A stretch of 64,000 bases of DNA from Clostridiales bacterium (GCA_012841635.1 DUUJ01000001.1:159-64158), one strand, 5' to 3'. Shown: positions 8,829 to 19,938, numbered from the stretch's first letter. Notes: generated from the letters alone by a model not told the origin. A program made the numbers and translations.

Positions 8829-10054
8829 TGAATATCCGCATCGTTCCTCATGCCTTGCGCGGCTGTGTGAAGGCGCCGCCGTCGAAGTCGCAGGCTGTGC
8901 GGCTGATTATCTGCGCCGCCCTCGCAGACTTGCCGACCCGTATCAATATCGGCGGGGTTTTACCGGACGACATAAAAGCCGCGCTCGACGCGGCTGCAGC
9001 GCTCGGATGCGGGATTGTTGAAGGCGACGGGTATGTTCTGATCTCCCCGCCGGAAGAATATCCGAATAAAGCAGATATTTTCTGCCGGGAATCTGGCGCG
9101 GTCGCGAGATTTATACTTCCCGCCGCCGCGGCGTTATGCGATGAGGTTTCAATCGACGGAGACGCGGGGCTTCGCGCGCGGCCGATGGGTGAGCTTATAT
9201 CCGAGATGGAGCGTCACGGATGCTCAGCCGACGGCGATTCCCTGCCGTTCAGGATTAAAGGGCGGCTGCGGCCCGGCGAATATATGTCCGGCGGAAATAT
9301 AAGCTCACAATACGCAAGCGGACTGCTGCTGGCTTTGTCGGTTTTGCCGGGTGAATCTGTTCTGACCGTTGATGACAGCCTTGAAAACTCCGGATATATC
9401 GCAATGACGGTCGAAGCGCTTCGGCTTTTCGGCGCAGATATCAAAATTCGAGGGGAAAACTTTTATATCAAAGGCGGCAGGCTGAAATCTCCCTGTTCGG
9501 TCGATGTTGAGGGCGACTGGTCGGGCGCGGCGTATCTTTTAAGCTGCGGGCGGGGAGTTGAATTGACCGGTCTATACCCGGAATCCTGTCAGAGAGATAA
9601 AGAAATTGTTCCGCTGCTTTCTAAAATACGGACTTTACAAGGCGGAGAACTAAACATAGACTGCGGGGAGATACCGGATTTGGCGCCGGCTTTGGCCGCC
9701 GCGGCTGCCTCCTGCCGGGGAATTGTCAGGTTCTTTAACATAGAACGGCTGAGATTCAAGGAAAGCGATCGGATCAAGGCTATTTGCGAGACTTTGACCG
9801 CTTTAGGCGCGGATATATCACTTTACGAGGAAGGACTTGCAATCCGCGGCGCTGATAAGCTTCACAGCGCTGTCGTTTCGTCTTTCGGCGACCATCGGAT
9901 GGTTATGGCTGCTGCCGTCGCTGCCGCTGCTGCGGCGGAAAACGGAAAATTTGACGGAGAGCTTATAATCCGCGGCGCCGAGGCGGTCAAAAAATCCTAT
10001 CCGGGCTTCTTTTCCGACTATGAATCATTGGGAGGGGAAATATATGGGCTTTAA
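8825..10054 (+). CDS. aroA: 3-phosphoshikimate 1-carboxyvinyltransferase (EPSP synthase)
   Basis: PPSKSQAVRLIICAAL N-terminal motif, LFGADI and RMVMAAAVAA regions; start overlaps the aroB stop by 4 nt. Confidence 0.88.
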   Translation: MMNIRIVPHALRGCVKAPPSKSQAVRLIICAALADLPTRINIGGVLPDDIKAALDAAAALGCGIVEGDGYVLISPPEEYPNKADIFCRESGAVARFILPAAAALCDEVSIDGDAGLRARPMGELISEMERHGCSADGDSLPFRIKGRLRPGEYMSGGNISSQYASGLLLALSVLPGESVLTVDDSLENSGYIAMTVEALRLFGADIKIRGENFYIKGGRLKSPCSVDVEGDWSGAAYLLSCGRGVELTGLYPESCQRDKEIVPLLSKIRTLQGGELNIDCGEIPDLAPALAAAAASCRGIVRFFNIERLRFKESDRIKAICETLTALGADISLYEEGLAIRGADKLHSAVVSSFGDHRMVMAAAVAAAAAAENGKFDGELIIRGAEAVKKSYPGFFSDYESLGGEIYGL

Positions 10055-11144
10055 TTTCGGAGAAGCGCTCCGAGTTCAGATATTCGGAGAATCTCACGGG
10101 GAAGCTGTCGGCTGCGTAATCGAGGGATTGCCGGCAGGAATGCCGCTTGATCTTCAAAAGGTCGGGCGTTTCCTTTCCCGCCGCTCCCCCGGAAAAAGCA
10201 GCATTTCAAGCGGCAGAGCCGAGACGGACAAACCAAAGATAATTTCCGGGCTGAAAGACGGACATCTTACCGGCGCGCCGTTTGCTGCGATTTTCGAAAA
10301 TCATGATGTTCGTTCCGGCGATTATGAGGCTATATCCGACACTCCGCGCCCGAATCATGCCGATTACGCGGCTTTTGTCAAATACGGCGTATATTCGGAC
10401 AGGCGCGGCGGCGGGCAGTTTTCCGGGCGGCTGACGGCTCCGCTCTGCTTTGCGGGAGCCTGCGCGCTGCAGTTTCTCGAACACTCCGGCGTTCATATCG
10501 GGGCGCATATCGAACGGATAGGCGATGTGGCTGACTTACGATTTGACCCTTTGAACATAAGTGTTGAATTTCTCGAAAACCTTGCTTTGAAAGATTTTCC
10601 GGTAATCGACGATGTCAAAGGCGGGCAGATGAAAGCCGTGATAGAAGCGGCGCGGGAGGAGCTTGATTCCGTCGGCGGCGCCGTTGAGTGCGCGGCGATC
10701 GGATTGCCTGCCGGGCTCGGTGAGCCGCGATATTACGGAATTGAAAGCGCCGTTGCCCGGATAATCTTCGGCATCCCGGCTATAAAGGGGCTTGAATTCG
10801 GACTCGGATTCGGTTTTGCCGAAGCTTACGGCTCTGATGTAAACGACGGCATGACAATGAAGGACGGTCGACCCGCATTTTTGTCAAACAACTGCGGCGG
10901 GTGCGCCGGCGGGATAACCGACGGCCGACCGCTTATCTTCCGCTGCGCTTTCAAACCGACGCCTTCTATCGGTAAAAAACAGAACACCGTAAACCTTAAA
11001 ACCCGCGAAAATACCGAAATTGAGATCAAGGGACGACACGATCCCTGCGTTGTCCCGCGCGCAGTCCCGGCGGTAGAAGCTGCCGCCGCGCTCGCGACAG
11101 CCGATCTTATGCTTTTGGCAAAACCGGCGTTCGGAGGGAAATAA
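10044..11144 (+). CDS. aroC: chorismate synthase
   Basis: Start moved to the ATG at 10044, after GGGAGGGG. MGFNFGEALRVQIFGESHGEAVGCVIEGLPAG and GRHDPCVVPRA motifs. Confidence 0.9.
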   Translation: MGFNFGEALRVQIFGESHGEAVGCVIEGLPAGMPLDLQKVGRFLSRRSPGKSSISSGRAETDKPKIISGLKDGHLTGAPFAAIFENHDVRSGDYEAISDTPRPNHADYAAFVKYGVYSDRRGGGQFSGRLTAPLCFAGACALQFLEHSGVHIGAHIERIGDVADLRFDPLNISVEFLENLALKDFPVIDDVKGGQMKAVIEAAREELDSVGGAVECAAIGLPAGLGEPRYYGIESAVARIIFGIPAIKGLEFGLGFGFAEAYGSDVNDGMTMKDGRPAFLSNNCGGCAGGITDGRPLIFRCAFKPTPSIGKKQNTVNLKTRENTEIEIKGRHDPCVVPRAVPAVEAAAALATADLMLLAKPAFGGK

Positions 11145-11429
11145 ATGAGCGAAAATACAGAGAACCTGAATCTCAATAAAATTAGAGCGAAAATCAACGC
11201 CGCCGATGACGAGCTGAAAAGAGCCTTTCTTATAAGGATGGAGCTTGTAAAGCAGGTCGCCGAATATAAAAAAACCCGCGGCACGGCGATAATCGACGCC
11301 GGACGCGAGCGGGAGATTATTGAGCGGGTGACTTGCGGCGAGGATGAGCGGACGAAGAAATATCTGACGGAGTTTTTCTCCGCCATTTTCGATATTTCAA
11401 AAGAATTTCAGAGAGAAGAATTACAGTAA
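11145..11429 (+). CDS. chorismate mutase (AroQ-type, monofunctional)
   Basis: 94 aa. LNKIRAKINAADDELKRAFLIRMELVKQVAEYKK is the AroQ helix pattern. Start abuts the aroC stop. Confidence 0.85.
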   Translation: MSENTENLNLNKIRAKINAADDELKRAFLIRMELVKQVAEYKKTRGTAIIDAGREREIIERVTCGEDERTKKYLTEFFSAIFDISKEFQREELQ

Positions 11430-11436
11430 TATAATG

Positions 11437-11465
11437 CGGGCGCCCGAAAGCGCCCGTTGTTTTTT
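11437..11465. terminator. bidirectional intrinsic terminator
   Basis: CGGGCGC-CCGAAA-GCGCCCG hairpin followed by a T tract, lying between convergent genes. Confidence 0.75.
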
Positions 11466-12513
11466 ATACTTCTTCAAAACCCAGAGGCGGCTGTCCGGTC
11501 CAGCGGCAGAGCTTTACATTGGAATCGCTTAATCCCTCCGGCGTTGTTCCGTGATAACCGATATAAAAATATCCGTCTCCGAGGCTTGCGATGCCGGTCG
11601 AGCCATGCGGCCATTCCCATCCCCAGACACCGCTTTTCCCGTCGTATATCCCGTCTTCGGCAAGGCTTAACACCGGATGGACTTCCGGAGTTTTTTGTCC
11701 CCAAATCGCGGTTCTGACCGGCGCCTTTGCGCCGTCGATCATGTACAGAGGGAAATTCGGAAAGGTTTTTTTCTTACCCGGATAAACGCACATCAGCCAG
11801 CGGCGGGAGTATTCGTCGTATTCGAGGTTCTGGACGCCGTAGGTCGTGTTGCCGGTGAAAACGAAGTATTTCTCGTCGGCGCGAAGACCGCTCTTATGCG
11901 GTGCGTCCTGATTCAGCGGCTTTTCGCAGTCTTTGAAGCGCCGCCAGTCGTATTGAACGATTATCTGATAATCGTTGTCGGTGCGGCTGTTGTTGCGGTA
12001 GATGCCGTACGCTATCATCAGCATTTTCGGCGAATTGGGGGCTTCTCCGAACACCGGGCCGAAGGCGGTGCCGTCGATGCCGGAGCAGCCGTAGCGGTGG
12101 TCGGGGGTATCGGCGGTGTCGCCGTCAAATACTCCGCTGCCGTCCGTAACTTCGCAGAAGTCCTCTACGACATCGGGCAGATAGACGGTTTTCATAATTC
12201 CGTCTTCTTCGGCGCTCATTCCGGGGCGGTCGATTTTATCGACGTCGAATACGGCGCAGTAAAAGGCCTTTTTCGCTTTATATTCAAGCGAGCCGTAAAC
12301 TTTACCGTCATCGTCGTTGAAATCAATGCAGCCGAGATGACCGGTGAGCCCTCCGCAGCTTCCTATCAGATTTCCCGACAGGTCGGTTTTGACGAGCATG
12401 GTGGTATAGGAAAAATAGATGTATTTTCGCTCGGTGTCGATGGCGATACCCTGGCAGTGCGGGGTTTTGAAGGCGCCGCTGTATATATTATGCGGCAGGG
12501 ATGTAACGGACAT
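11464..12513 (-). CDS. hypothetical protein (possibly beta-propeller-like)
   Basis: 349-aa ORF with normal composition. The overlapping 310-aa plus-strand ORF has a V/A/G-rich antisense-type composition. No motif recognised. Confidence 0.65.
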   Translation of the reverse strand: MSVTSLPHNIYSGAFKTPHCQGIAIDTERKYIYFSYTTMLVKTDLSGNLIGSCGGLTGHLGCIDFNDDDGKVYGSLEYKAKKAFYCAVFDVDKIDRPGMSAEEDGIMKTVYLPDVVEDFCEVTDGSGVFDGDTADTPDHRYGCSGIDGTAFGPVFGEAPNSPKMLMIAYGIYRNNSRTDNDYQIIVQYDWRRFKDCEKPLNQDAPHKSGLRADEKYFVFTGNTTYGVQNLEYDEYSRRWLMCVYPGKKKTFPNFPLYMIDGAKAPVRTAIWGQKTPEVHPVLSLAEDGIYDGKSGVWGWEWPHGSTGIASLGDGYFYIGYHGTTPEGLSDSNVKLCRWTGQPPLGFEEV

Positions 12514-12650
12514 ATCAGGCGCTCCTTTCGATTTATATCTTTCCGAGTATATTATATCACTTTAAGTATAAAAATTCTTTTTTATATTGTAAATCCGGCG
12601 GCTATATGATATAATTGTAGCAGAAATCATGTGTTTTGAGGAGTATGAAA

Positions 12651-14846
12651 ATGAAACCTTATAAGATTTACATGGATCAGCCGGCCGCCGAATGGGAGAC
12701 GGCAACTCCGATAGGCAACGGCCGGATGGGCGCGATGATTTACGGTATTCCCGGCTGCGAGAGGATACAGCTCTCCGAGGAGCGCATCTGGGCGGGAAAG
12801 AAACAGGACGCAGTAAATCCCGGGTTCCGCGACAAGCTGGAATATCTGAGGCGGCTGCTGCTCGCAGGAAGAGGCGCGGCGGCGGACGAATGGGCGAACG
12901 CAAACATGGCCGGAGATTTTCACCGCGTTTCTTCGTATGAAACCGCCGGCGATCTGATCATCAACACCGGCGATACCGACGAAGACGGTGTTGCTCAGAG
13001 CTACCGCCGGTATCTTGACCTGATAAGCGGTTCGGCGCAGGTATCGTATATCCGCAAAGGTCATATCCGCTCGAGCGAGTATTTCGCCTCGTATCCCGAT
13101 GACATAATCGCGGCTCGGTTTTCCGGTCTTGACAAGACAAGAACGGTAAAAATCAGTTACGAGCGGGAAAACATCAAGAGCGTCAAGGCAGAAGGCAACA
13201 TTCTGCGGATTGACGCCGCTACCGCCGACGATCTTCACAACTTTACCGTGCTTATAAAGGTAATTACGAGCGGCAAAGTAACGGCTGCGGAAAACAGTCT
13301 CGAACTGACCGGCGCGGCGGATATGTTTCTTCTCATTACCGCGGCGGTCGGACGTGTTCCGGTATTTCCGGTTTCCGAAGACTGGACACGCTTACGCGAA
13401 AGATCGGAGGCAGATCACCGCGCTATTATGGAGCGGTCGGAGATACTGCTGTCCGAAGGCGACTCACCCGAGCTTGCGACTCTTCCGATCCGTGAAAGGC
13501 TTAACCGCATACGAGCCGGCAAAACCGACGGAGGACTGCTCGAGCTTTACTATCAGTTCGGAAAACACCTGCTTGTCGGCTCCAGCCGCTACGGCACGCT
13601 GCCCGCCAACCTTCAGGGCGTCTGGAACGGTTTTATTACGGCGCCGTGGAACTCCGACTATCACACGAATATCAATCTCCAGATGAACTATTGGCCGGTC
13701 GAAGCGGCTAATATCCAGGAATGCGCCGCCCCGCTGTTCGACTACATGAACACAAACCTGCTTGAATCGGGGCGGGAAACGGCAAAGGTCAACTACCGCT
13801 GCCGCGGCACCGTATGCCATCATTTGAGCGATATATACGAGTTCACCGCTCCGGCGGACGGGGTCTGGGGACTCTGGCCGCTCGGTTCTGCGTGGCTCTG
13901 CTTCAATATGTATGAGCATTACCTCTACTCCGGAGACCTTGATTTCCTCGCAAACACTGCTTATACGTTCATTCACGACTCGGCGCTCTTCTTCCTCGAC
14001 TATATGTACGAGGCGGATGAAGATGGCCAGCCGATCCTGCTGACCGGTCCTTCGGCTTCTCCGGAAAATCGGTATTTCGATGTGGAAGGCAAGCCCGCGT
14101 ATCTCTGCATGTCGCCGACAATGGATGTTCAGATCGTTTCCGGGCTTCTCAGGATGTATATCGAGTGCGAGGAGATGCTCTCTCGCGATCCTGCGCAGAA
14201 AGCGCGGGCGGAAAAGGCGCTCGCCAAGATGCCGAAGCTTCAAATCGGCCGCAAGGGGAATTTAATGGAGTGGCTGGTCGATTACGATGAGCCGGAACCC
14301 GGTCACCGTCATATCTCGCATATGTTCGCCCTCTATCCCGATTCTGCAATCAGCCGCGACACCCCCGAGCTTTTTGAAGCCGCAAGGAAAACTATTGAAC
14401 TCCGGCTTGCGAACGGCGGCGGACACACCGGCTGGTCCTGCGCATGGCTTATCAGTCTGTTCGCCCGTCTGGGCGACGGCGCCGGGGTTTCGGATATGCT
14501 GCGCAAGCTGCTCTCCAATTCAACCAAGGACAATCTCTTTGATATTCATCCTCCCTTCCAGATTGACGGAAACTTCGGCGGCTGCGCCGCGATAATCGAG
14601 ATGCTGCTCCAGAGCCACAACGGCAGGATCGAGCTGCTCCCCGCCCTGCCGAAGGAGCTGCCGTCCGGAAGTTTCAGAGGCTTGCGCGCCCGAGGAGGGC
14701 TTACCGTAAACGCCGTCTGGCAGAAAGGCAGGATAAAATCTGCCGAGATTACTGCGGCGAGGGATGCCGAATTTATATTCATGGCAAACGGCGAAGAAAA
14801 AGCGGTGTCGCTCAAGGCGGGGGAAGTTTACGAATACATCGCCTGA
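12651..14846 (+). CDS. glycoside hydrolase family 95 (alpha-L-fucosidase-like)
   Basis: Start at 12651, after GAGGAG. N-terminal [16 protein letters not shown] signature of GH95/GH65-N domains; length and the HRHISH region fit GH95. Confidence 0.8.
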   Translation: MKPYKIYMDQPAAEWETATPIGNGRMGAMIYGIPGCERIQLSEERIWAGKKQDAVNPGFRDKLEYLRRLLLAGRGAAADEWANANMAGDFHRVSSYETAGDLIINTGDTDEDGVAQSYRRYLDLISGSAQVSYIRKGHIRSSEYFASYPDDIIAARFSGLDKTRTVKISYERENIKSVKAEGNILRIDAATADDLHNFTVLIKVITSGKVTAAENSLELTGAADMFLLITAAVGRVPVFPVSEDWTRLRERSEADHRAIMERSEILLSEGDSPELATLPIRERLNRIRAGKTDGGLLELYYQFGKHLLVGSSRYGTLPANLQGVWNGFITAPWNSDYHTNINLQMNYWPVEAANIQECAAPLFDYMNTNLLESGRETAKVNYRCRGTVCHHLSDIYEFTAPADGVWGLWPLGSAWLCFNMYEHYLYSGDLDFLANTAYTFIHDSALFFLDYMYEADEDGQPILLTGPSASPENRYFDVEGKPAYLCMSPTMDVQIVSGLLRMYIECEEMLSRDPAQKARAEKALAKMPKLQIGRKGNLMEWLVDYDEPEPGHRHISHMFALYPDSAISRDTPELFEAARKTIELRLANGGGHTGWSCAWLISLFARLGDGAGVSDMLRKLLSNSTKDNLFDIHPPFQIDGNFGGCAAIIEMLLQSHNGRIELLPALPKELPSGSFRGLRARGGLTVNAVWQKGRIKSAEITAARDAEFIFMANGEEKAVSLKAGEVYEYIA

Positions 14847-14864
14847 CAACATATACGCTGAAAC

Positions 14865-14898
14865 AAAAAAGAAGAGGCGCGATGCCTCTTCTTTTTAT
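14865..14898. terminator. bidirectional intrinsic terminator
   Basis: A tract, AGAAGAGGC-GCGAT-GCCTCTTCT hairpin, then a T tract. Confidence 0.8.
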
Positions 14899-14907
14899 TG
14901 TTGCCGT

Positions 14908-15699
14908 TTAAACGGTAAGCGCCGCAACGTCCTTCCACGCTTCCGCGGTCGGCTTTGTTACGCGCGACTCGACGCCGACATATTTCTTATAGCCGGACTC
15001 GGCAATCGCCGCAAAGACATTGCGGTAGTTGATCTCGCCGGTGCCGGGTTCAAGACGTCCCGGAACGTCGGCGGTGTGGAAGTGGCCGATAAGCTCGATA
15101 TTCTTCCTGATTGTCGGAATAAGGTTGCCTTCGGTTATCTGCTGGTGATAGACGTCGTAGAGCACGCGGACGTTCTTCTGATCGGCTTCCTCAATCATTG
15201 CGAAAGCTTCATATGAAGACGGCAGGAAGTAGCCGTGATGGTCGGTGAGAACGTTCAGAGGCTCGAGAACCAGCGTTACTCCGGCGTCAAGAAGCATCGG
15301 GCCTGCGGCTTTGAGACAGCGAACCACGTTGAGATGCTGTTCATAGCGGGTGGCGTCTTTGCGTTCGTTGCCGGTCGTTACTATCAGCGTTCTAACATCA
15401 AGTTCTTTTGCGACTGTAATCGACTGCTCGACAACCTTTACGAAATACTCAGGGCTTTCCCGGTGAAGCATGGCGAACTTGTGCCACTGCTCCTTTACTG
15501 CGAGGTCGAGGGTATCGACGCACATTGCGGCAATCGGAAGTTTGTATTCGGTTTTGAGCTCTTTTATCCTGCCGATATCAAGTCGGCTCCAGCCCCAGAA
15601 TTCCACCGCTTTTACGCCGGCGTCATGGGCGGCTTTGAAGCGATCGTAGAATTCATGCTCAGAAAAGAGCATCTCGATGCAGGCGGAAAGATTGATCAT
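14908..15699 (-). CDS. hydroxypyruvate isomerase-like xylose-isomerase-fold TIM-barrel protein
   Basis: MINLSACIEMLFSEHEFYDRFKAAHDAGVKAVEFWGW matches the Hyi/OtnI-type N-terminus. Confidence 0.75.
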   Translation of the reverse strand: MINLSACIEMLFSEHEFYDRFKAAHDAGVKAVEFWGWSRLDIGRIKELKTEYKLPIAAMCVDTLDLAVKEQWHKFAMLHRESPEYFVKVVEQSITVAKELDVRTLIVTTGNERKDATRYEQHLNVVRCLKAAGPMLLDAGVTLVLEPLNVLTDHHGYFLPSSYEAFAMIEEADQKNVRVLYDVYHQQITEGNLIPTIRKNIELIGHFHTADVPGRLEPGTGEINYRNVFAAIAESGYKKYVGVESRVTKPTAEAWKDVAALTV

Positions 15700-15872
15700 T
15701 TGAGTTCCTTTTCTTTATTTAACTGAGTTTATTCTTATTTTATGATGACTGCCCCTGAATGCGGCACGGTACAAGCAATGCGCAAATATGATACAAGTCA
15801 GAGACATGCGGCGGTTTACCGGCACTTTCGCGGTCGGAATTTGCGGTATATGAATTGAAATTTGTCTGTAAT

Positions 15873-17666
15873 TTACGGATTAAGCCACTCGTCGGATACA
15901 TTTATCATATAAACTTCACGAACGTGACATAATGAATTCTGCCAATGAGTGCCGACCCAGATGACTTTGCCGTCGGCAAAGATGGGATCGTGGCTGAAAA
16001 GCTTAAAATCCTGTTCAATTATAGGGCTGATAAAATTCCCTCGCACGTCAAGGACAACATATTCATAGACCGTTGTTTCGTCGTCTGTATACCAGATCTT
16101 CCGCGCCGGTTTTGCAGTGTCTTGATACCGCTTCTTCCACAGGAGCATAAATCTGTCTCCGGTAAGTTTTACGACCTTAGGCTCGGAATAACTTTGTGAA
16201 TCAAGCTGACAATCGGTGATTTTCTTAATGCTGAACGAATAGTTAAATTTATCGACTATACAGATATATACATCTCTTGAACTGTCTTTGCCTCCGCTTT
16301 CTCTGCTGAAACCGAAGACATATTCCCCATCCATATCGACTGCCCCGCCCATGGTAATGCCGGTCCAGTTATCGCCGATCTCTCCCGGTATATCGATCAG
16401 CGAAACTCCTTTTAAAACTTCCCTGCCGGTTGTATCCATGATATGGAGAATCAAACTCCTCGGATATGCGTCGCCGTGGTCAAACAAGACAAGTTTGTCA
16501 TAGTTATAAAAGGCAAACTGATTGAACGAGTGGCTGACATGATTCGGCTGAAATCGTCCGAGATCGTTTTCCACCTGCATTATGTTCGTATTTACAACTA
16601 TCGTTATCTGGCTCTGGTGATTCAAACCGTCATCGGTAAGATATCTCTTTCTTGCCGTGTGTATGGTCAGGTATTCTCCGTATTCGGCAAAAGATACCGA
16701 GCCGAAATCAAAAGGTATGCAGGTAAAAGCATTGCCGATATTCAACGAATTTATGATGTTAAAATCGTGATCCGTTTGAATCAGCCTGAACACCGGAAAA
16801 GAATCGCTTTCATTCGCATTTTCATTTCCGAGGATAAAATAGTTGTAATTAATGCCGTGGTAAAATCCCCCGTAATAACCGTCGGTAAATGCAAGCTCTT
16901 TTTTATCCGCCAGGTTCCAGTTCTCATCGAATTTTTCTATCGTTACTCCTGATGTATCAGGCAATTTGGTCAATATGAAATAATAACCGTTATCATAATA
17001 GGCGCTTTCCTTGGGGCACGTCCCCCATGTGCGGTTAGGTTCCCAGGAACTGGTGTATTTATTGTCCAAAGGCTCAAGAGTGATAACGCCCTTCCCCAAT
17101 TTTGCCGAAAGAGCGCTGCCATCCCTGCAAAGTGGTCGGGTGATAACATCCCAGATATAAGTAAATGCCTCCCTGCGGGAAAGATCTTTATTTTCTATCG
17201 GAATCCCGAGCTGCATGAGCTTTTGATCGACATCATCCCACGGAACATCATACCCCATGGCTCTGAGCATGACTGCGCCGAGCTGCTTGCCTTTGACTAC
17301 GCTCTTAGGGGCAAATATGTTATTCCCGACGCCCTGCATAAGTCCGCTCTGCGTACAATAAGCGACAAAAGGTCTTGCCCAATCGCTGATTTCATCGGTG
17401 TCGCTGTATTGCGAGGACAAATTCACAATCAGCGCCACATCTTTTAATGCGTTTATCTCAAGAATTATGGAAGCAAGCTGTTCTCTCGTAAGCGGCTCTG
17501 ATTCATTCAGCGCCATGGCGGAATCGCTCATCCCCTTGATAAACCCCGCCTTATAGAGCCTCTCCCCGCCATATGCATAAACGGGATTTATCATCGAAAC
17601 GACAATAAGAAGAGTCAAAATAAATGCAAAACAAATTTTACACAGATGATTAAGACTTTTGTTCAC
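15873..17666 (-). CDS. secreted SLH-domain protein with large uncharacterised C-terminal domain
   Basis: Signal/anchor segment LCKICFAFILTLLIVVSMINPVYA. SLH-like repeats (YSDTDEISDWARPFVAYCTQSGLMQGVGNNIFAPKSVVKGKQLGAVMLRAMGY). Confidence 0.65.
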   Translation of the reverse strand: MNKSLNHLCKICFAFILTLLIVVSMINPVYAYGGERLYKAGFIKGMSDSAMALNESEPLTREQLASIILEINALKDVALIVNLSSQYSDTDEISDWARPFVAYCTQSGLMQGVGNNIFAPKSVVKGKQLGAVMLRAMGYDVPWDDVDQKLMQLGIPIENKDLSRREAFTYIWDVITRPLCRDGSALSAKLGKGVITLEPLDNKYTSSWEPNRTWGTCPKESAYYDNGYYFILTKLPDTSGVTIEKFDENWNLADKKELAFTDGYYGGFYHGINYNYFILGNENANESDSFPVFRLIQTDHDFNIINSLNIGNAFTCIPFDFGSVSFAEYGEYLTIHTARKRYLTDDGLNHQSQITIVVNTNIMQVENDLGRFQPNHVSHSFNQFAFYNYDKLVLFDHGDAYPRSLILHIMDTTGREVLKGVSLIDIPGEIGDNWTGITMGGAVDMDGEYVFGFSRESGGKDSSRDVYICIVDKFNYSFSIKKITDCQLDSQSYSEPKVVKLTGDRFMLLWKKRYQDTAKPARKIWYTDDETTVYEYVVLDVRGNFISPIIEQDFKLFSHDPIFADGKVIWVGTHWQNSLCHVREVYMINVSDEWLNP

Positions 17667-17706
17667 TGTTATTTTCCCCCAAACCCCTCTTAAAGTCTGT
17701 TAAGGT

Positions 17707-18573
17707 TTATTTCTTCTTTTTAAGGATAACTGCTCCGGAAAGAGCGGCTGCTGCGAGGGTAAGCGCGAAGATATCGAAGGTCTGCGGCGAGGGCGCTGCG
17801 GCGGCAGGAACTGCTTCGGCTGCGGGCGCCGGTTCTGCTGCTGCTTCGGGAGCTGCTTCGGCTGCCGGTTCTGCTGCCGGTTCGGTTTCAATTATTACCG
17901 GTTCCTCAAATATAACTTTACCGAACACCGAGGGATCCTGCCAGGCGGTGTTGTCCCCGTCGGACCAACCGTAAGCGCCTGTGCGGCTGGTGGCATCGGC
18001 AGACTGGTTGTTGATCTGGATATCGAAACCGATGACAGTTCCGGCTTTCATATTGACTCCGCCGTTGAAGGTTTTGAGAGCGAAGGAAGCTTCATATATG
18101 AAACCGGTTTCGGTTACGACGGAAACCAGCTTATAGCAATTCTGAAACGCTTCGATGCCGGCGTCGGTACCGGTGAAGCTGGTGTTGTCAACATCGTCGG
18201 CTTTAAAGCCAAAATAAACGACGTCATCTGTCGAGTAATCGTTTACATCGGTGTCGAGCGGGTCGAAATAGATCTCGGCGCCGTCGCCCCAGGAAACGTT
18301 ACCGTCAAAATTATGCTCGGTATCGTTTACTTCGATGTAGAAATAAAAAGCATTCTCATCCCAGAGAGCGCGCCATACGGCGGTAACGCCGCCGTCTTCG
18401 CCGTCTTTGAGTTTGTCTATCTTATACTCTTCGGCAGTCTGCCAGACATCGTCCATAACACCGTCGACAACGGGAGTGCCGTAAGCGGCTTTGGCGACAG
18501 GAACATCCGCAAATGCGGGGATTGCGAGCAGCGCTATAAGCGCGGCTGCAAGCAGCACGGTAAACTTTCTCAT
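17707..18573 (-). CDS. secreted CBM9/DOMON-like carbohydrate-binding protein with Pro/Ala/Glu linker and C-terminal sorting-signal-like anchor
   Basis: Signal peptide; AAYGTPVVDGVMDDVWQTAEEY...WRALWDENAFYFYIEVND is CBM9-like. C-terminus reads SPQTFDIFALTLAAAALSGAVILKKKK. Confidence 0.65.
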   Translation of the reverse strand: MRKFTVLLAAALIALLAIPAFADVPVAKAAYGTPVVDGVMDDVWQTAEEYKIDKLKDGEDGGVTAVWRALWDENAFYFYIEVNDTEHNFDGNVSWGDGAEIYFDPLDTDVNDYSTDDVVYFGFKADDVDNTSFTGTDAGIEAFQNCYKLVSVVTETGFIYEASFALKTFNGGVNMKAGTVIGFDIQINNQSADATSRTGAYGWSDGDNTAWQDPSVFGKVIFEEPVIIETEPAAEPAAEAAPEAAAEPAPAAEAVPAAAAPSPQTFDIFALTLAAAALSGAVILKKKK

Positions 18574-18667
18574 TTTCTTTTCCTTTCGGTTTTAATAAAT
18601 ATATTTGGTTTAATTATGCGCCAAATGCGGAAAAGAGGGATGATTCCCCCTTTTCCTGCGTATTTTA

Positions 18668-19666
18668 TTAATAGTTGAACACCTTGCCGGTCTTAATCGA
18701 CTCGTTGGCGTCTATGCAGAGACGGAGAGTCTTGAGAGCGTCGGAATAGGGAGAACGGATGGCCGAGCCGTCGCCGGATTTGACTGCGTCGATGAATACG
18801 CGGTCTTCGGTGACGCCCTGGTCTTCCTGGCGGGCGAACTGCTCATCGCTGTCAGCGGTGCGGAAACGGACTCCCGAGCGGAGACGATACTCAACGGTAG
18901 CGTCCTTGCAGTTGATGGTCATGCCGCTGCCCGGAATGCCGCCGACTCCGACGTTGTAGCAGGAGGTAAAGATATTGGCGATAACGCCGTTTTCAAATGT
19001 CAGAACGCAGGAGGAATAATCGTCGACGTTGTAGCCGGGAACGTTGTATTCCGGGGCTTCCGGCTCAACTATGCCGCGGCCGCCGGCGCAGTAAAGCGTC
19101 TTGACTTCGCCGAAGAGATAGCGGGCCATATCGAACAGGTGAACGTTCTGCTCAACGATCTGTCCGCCGGATGTGCCCTGACGTCTCCACCAGGCTACGC
19201 CGGGGATTCCGCCGATCCATGCGGCCTGAACCAGACCTACTTTGCGGTCGGCGATGAAGTCTTTGATGCGGTCGGTGATGTCCTGATATCTGTCCTGGAA
19301 GCCGACGCCGGTCAGAAGACCCTTCTTCTCTGCCTGCGCACAGATGTCGGCTGCAAGGTCATAATCGAGCGCCATCGGCTTCTCAACGAAGAAATGGCAG
19401 CCTTTATCGATTACATAATACTCGATTTCGCCGTGGCAATAAGGCGGAACGCAGATGTAAACCACTTCCGGTTTGGTTTCGTTGATCATCTGACGGAAAT
19501 CGGAATAGGACTCGCCGGTGCCGGCTCTTTCTTTAAAGCTGTCAGCCTTCGATTTGACTGTATCGGCAAAACCGACAAGCTCTACATCATCGAAGTTTAC
19601 GAGGTGACTGAAATGATATCCGCCGATTCCGCCGCATCCGACGATGGCTACTCTTACTTTGCTCAT
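18668..19666 (-). CDS. Gfo/Idh/MocA family oxidoreductase
   Basis: Start moved to MSKVRVAIVGCGGIGG (Rossmann GxGxxG), with a GGAGAAAG RBS. Confidence 0.85.
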   Translation of the reverse strand: MSKVRVAIVGCGGIGGYHFSHLVNFDDVELVGFADTVKSKADSFKERAGTGESYSDFRQMINETKPEVVYICVPPYCHGEIEYYVIDKGCHFFVEKPMALDYDLAADICAQAEKKGLLTGVGFQDRYQDITDRIKDFIADRKVGLVQAAWIGGIPGVAWWRRQGTSGGQIVEQNVHLFDMARYLFGEVKTLYCAGGRGIVEPEAPEYNVPGYNVDDYSSCVLTFENGVIANIFTSCYNVGVGGIPGSGMTINCKDATVEYRLRSGVRFRTADSDEQFARQEDQGVTEDRVFIDAVKSGDGSAIRSPYSDALKTLRLCIDANESIKTGKVFNY

Positions 19667-19938
19667 AATAAACCGCTTTCTCCGACGCATTTTATGTATA
19701 TTTTAAACGGTCATCCCGACTTTTCCGGCGCCGGTCGGAAAGCCGGGTTTTCCAACCCTATGATAACACAAATATCCCTTTTTGTCAAGAGAATTCAGAA
19801 AAATGAGTTTCTTTATATCAGAGTATCAAAACAATAAAAAGTTTACAATTATTTGCCCCGGCAAGGCTTTAATAAAACCGATATATATTGTATAATAAAG
19901 GATAAGTTTATATCAATATCGGGAGTTAATGCAGTCAA

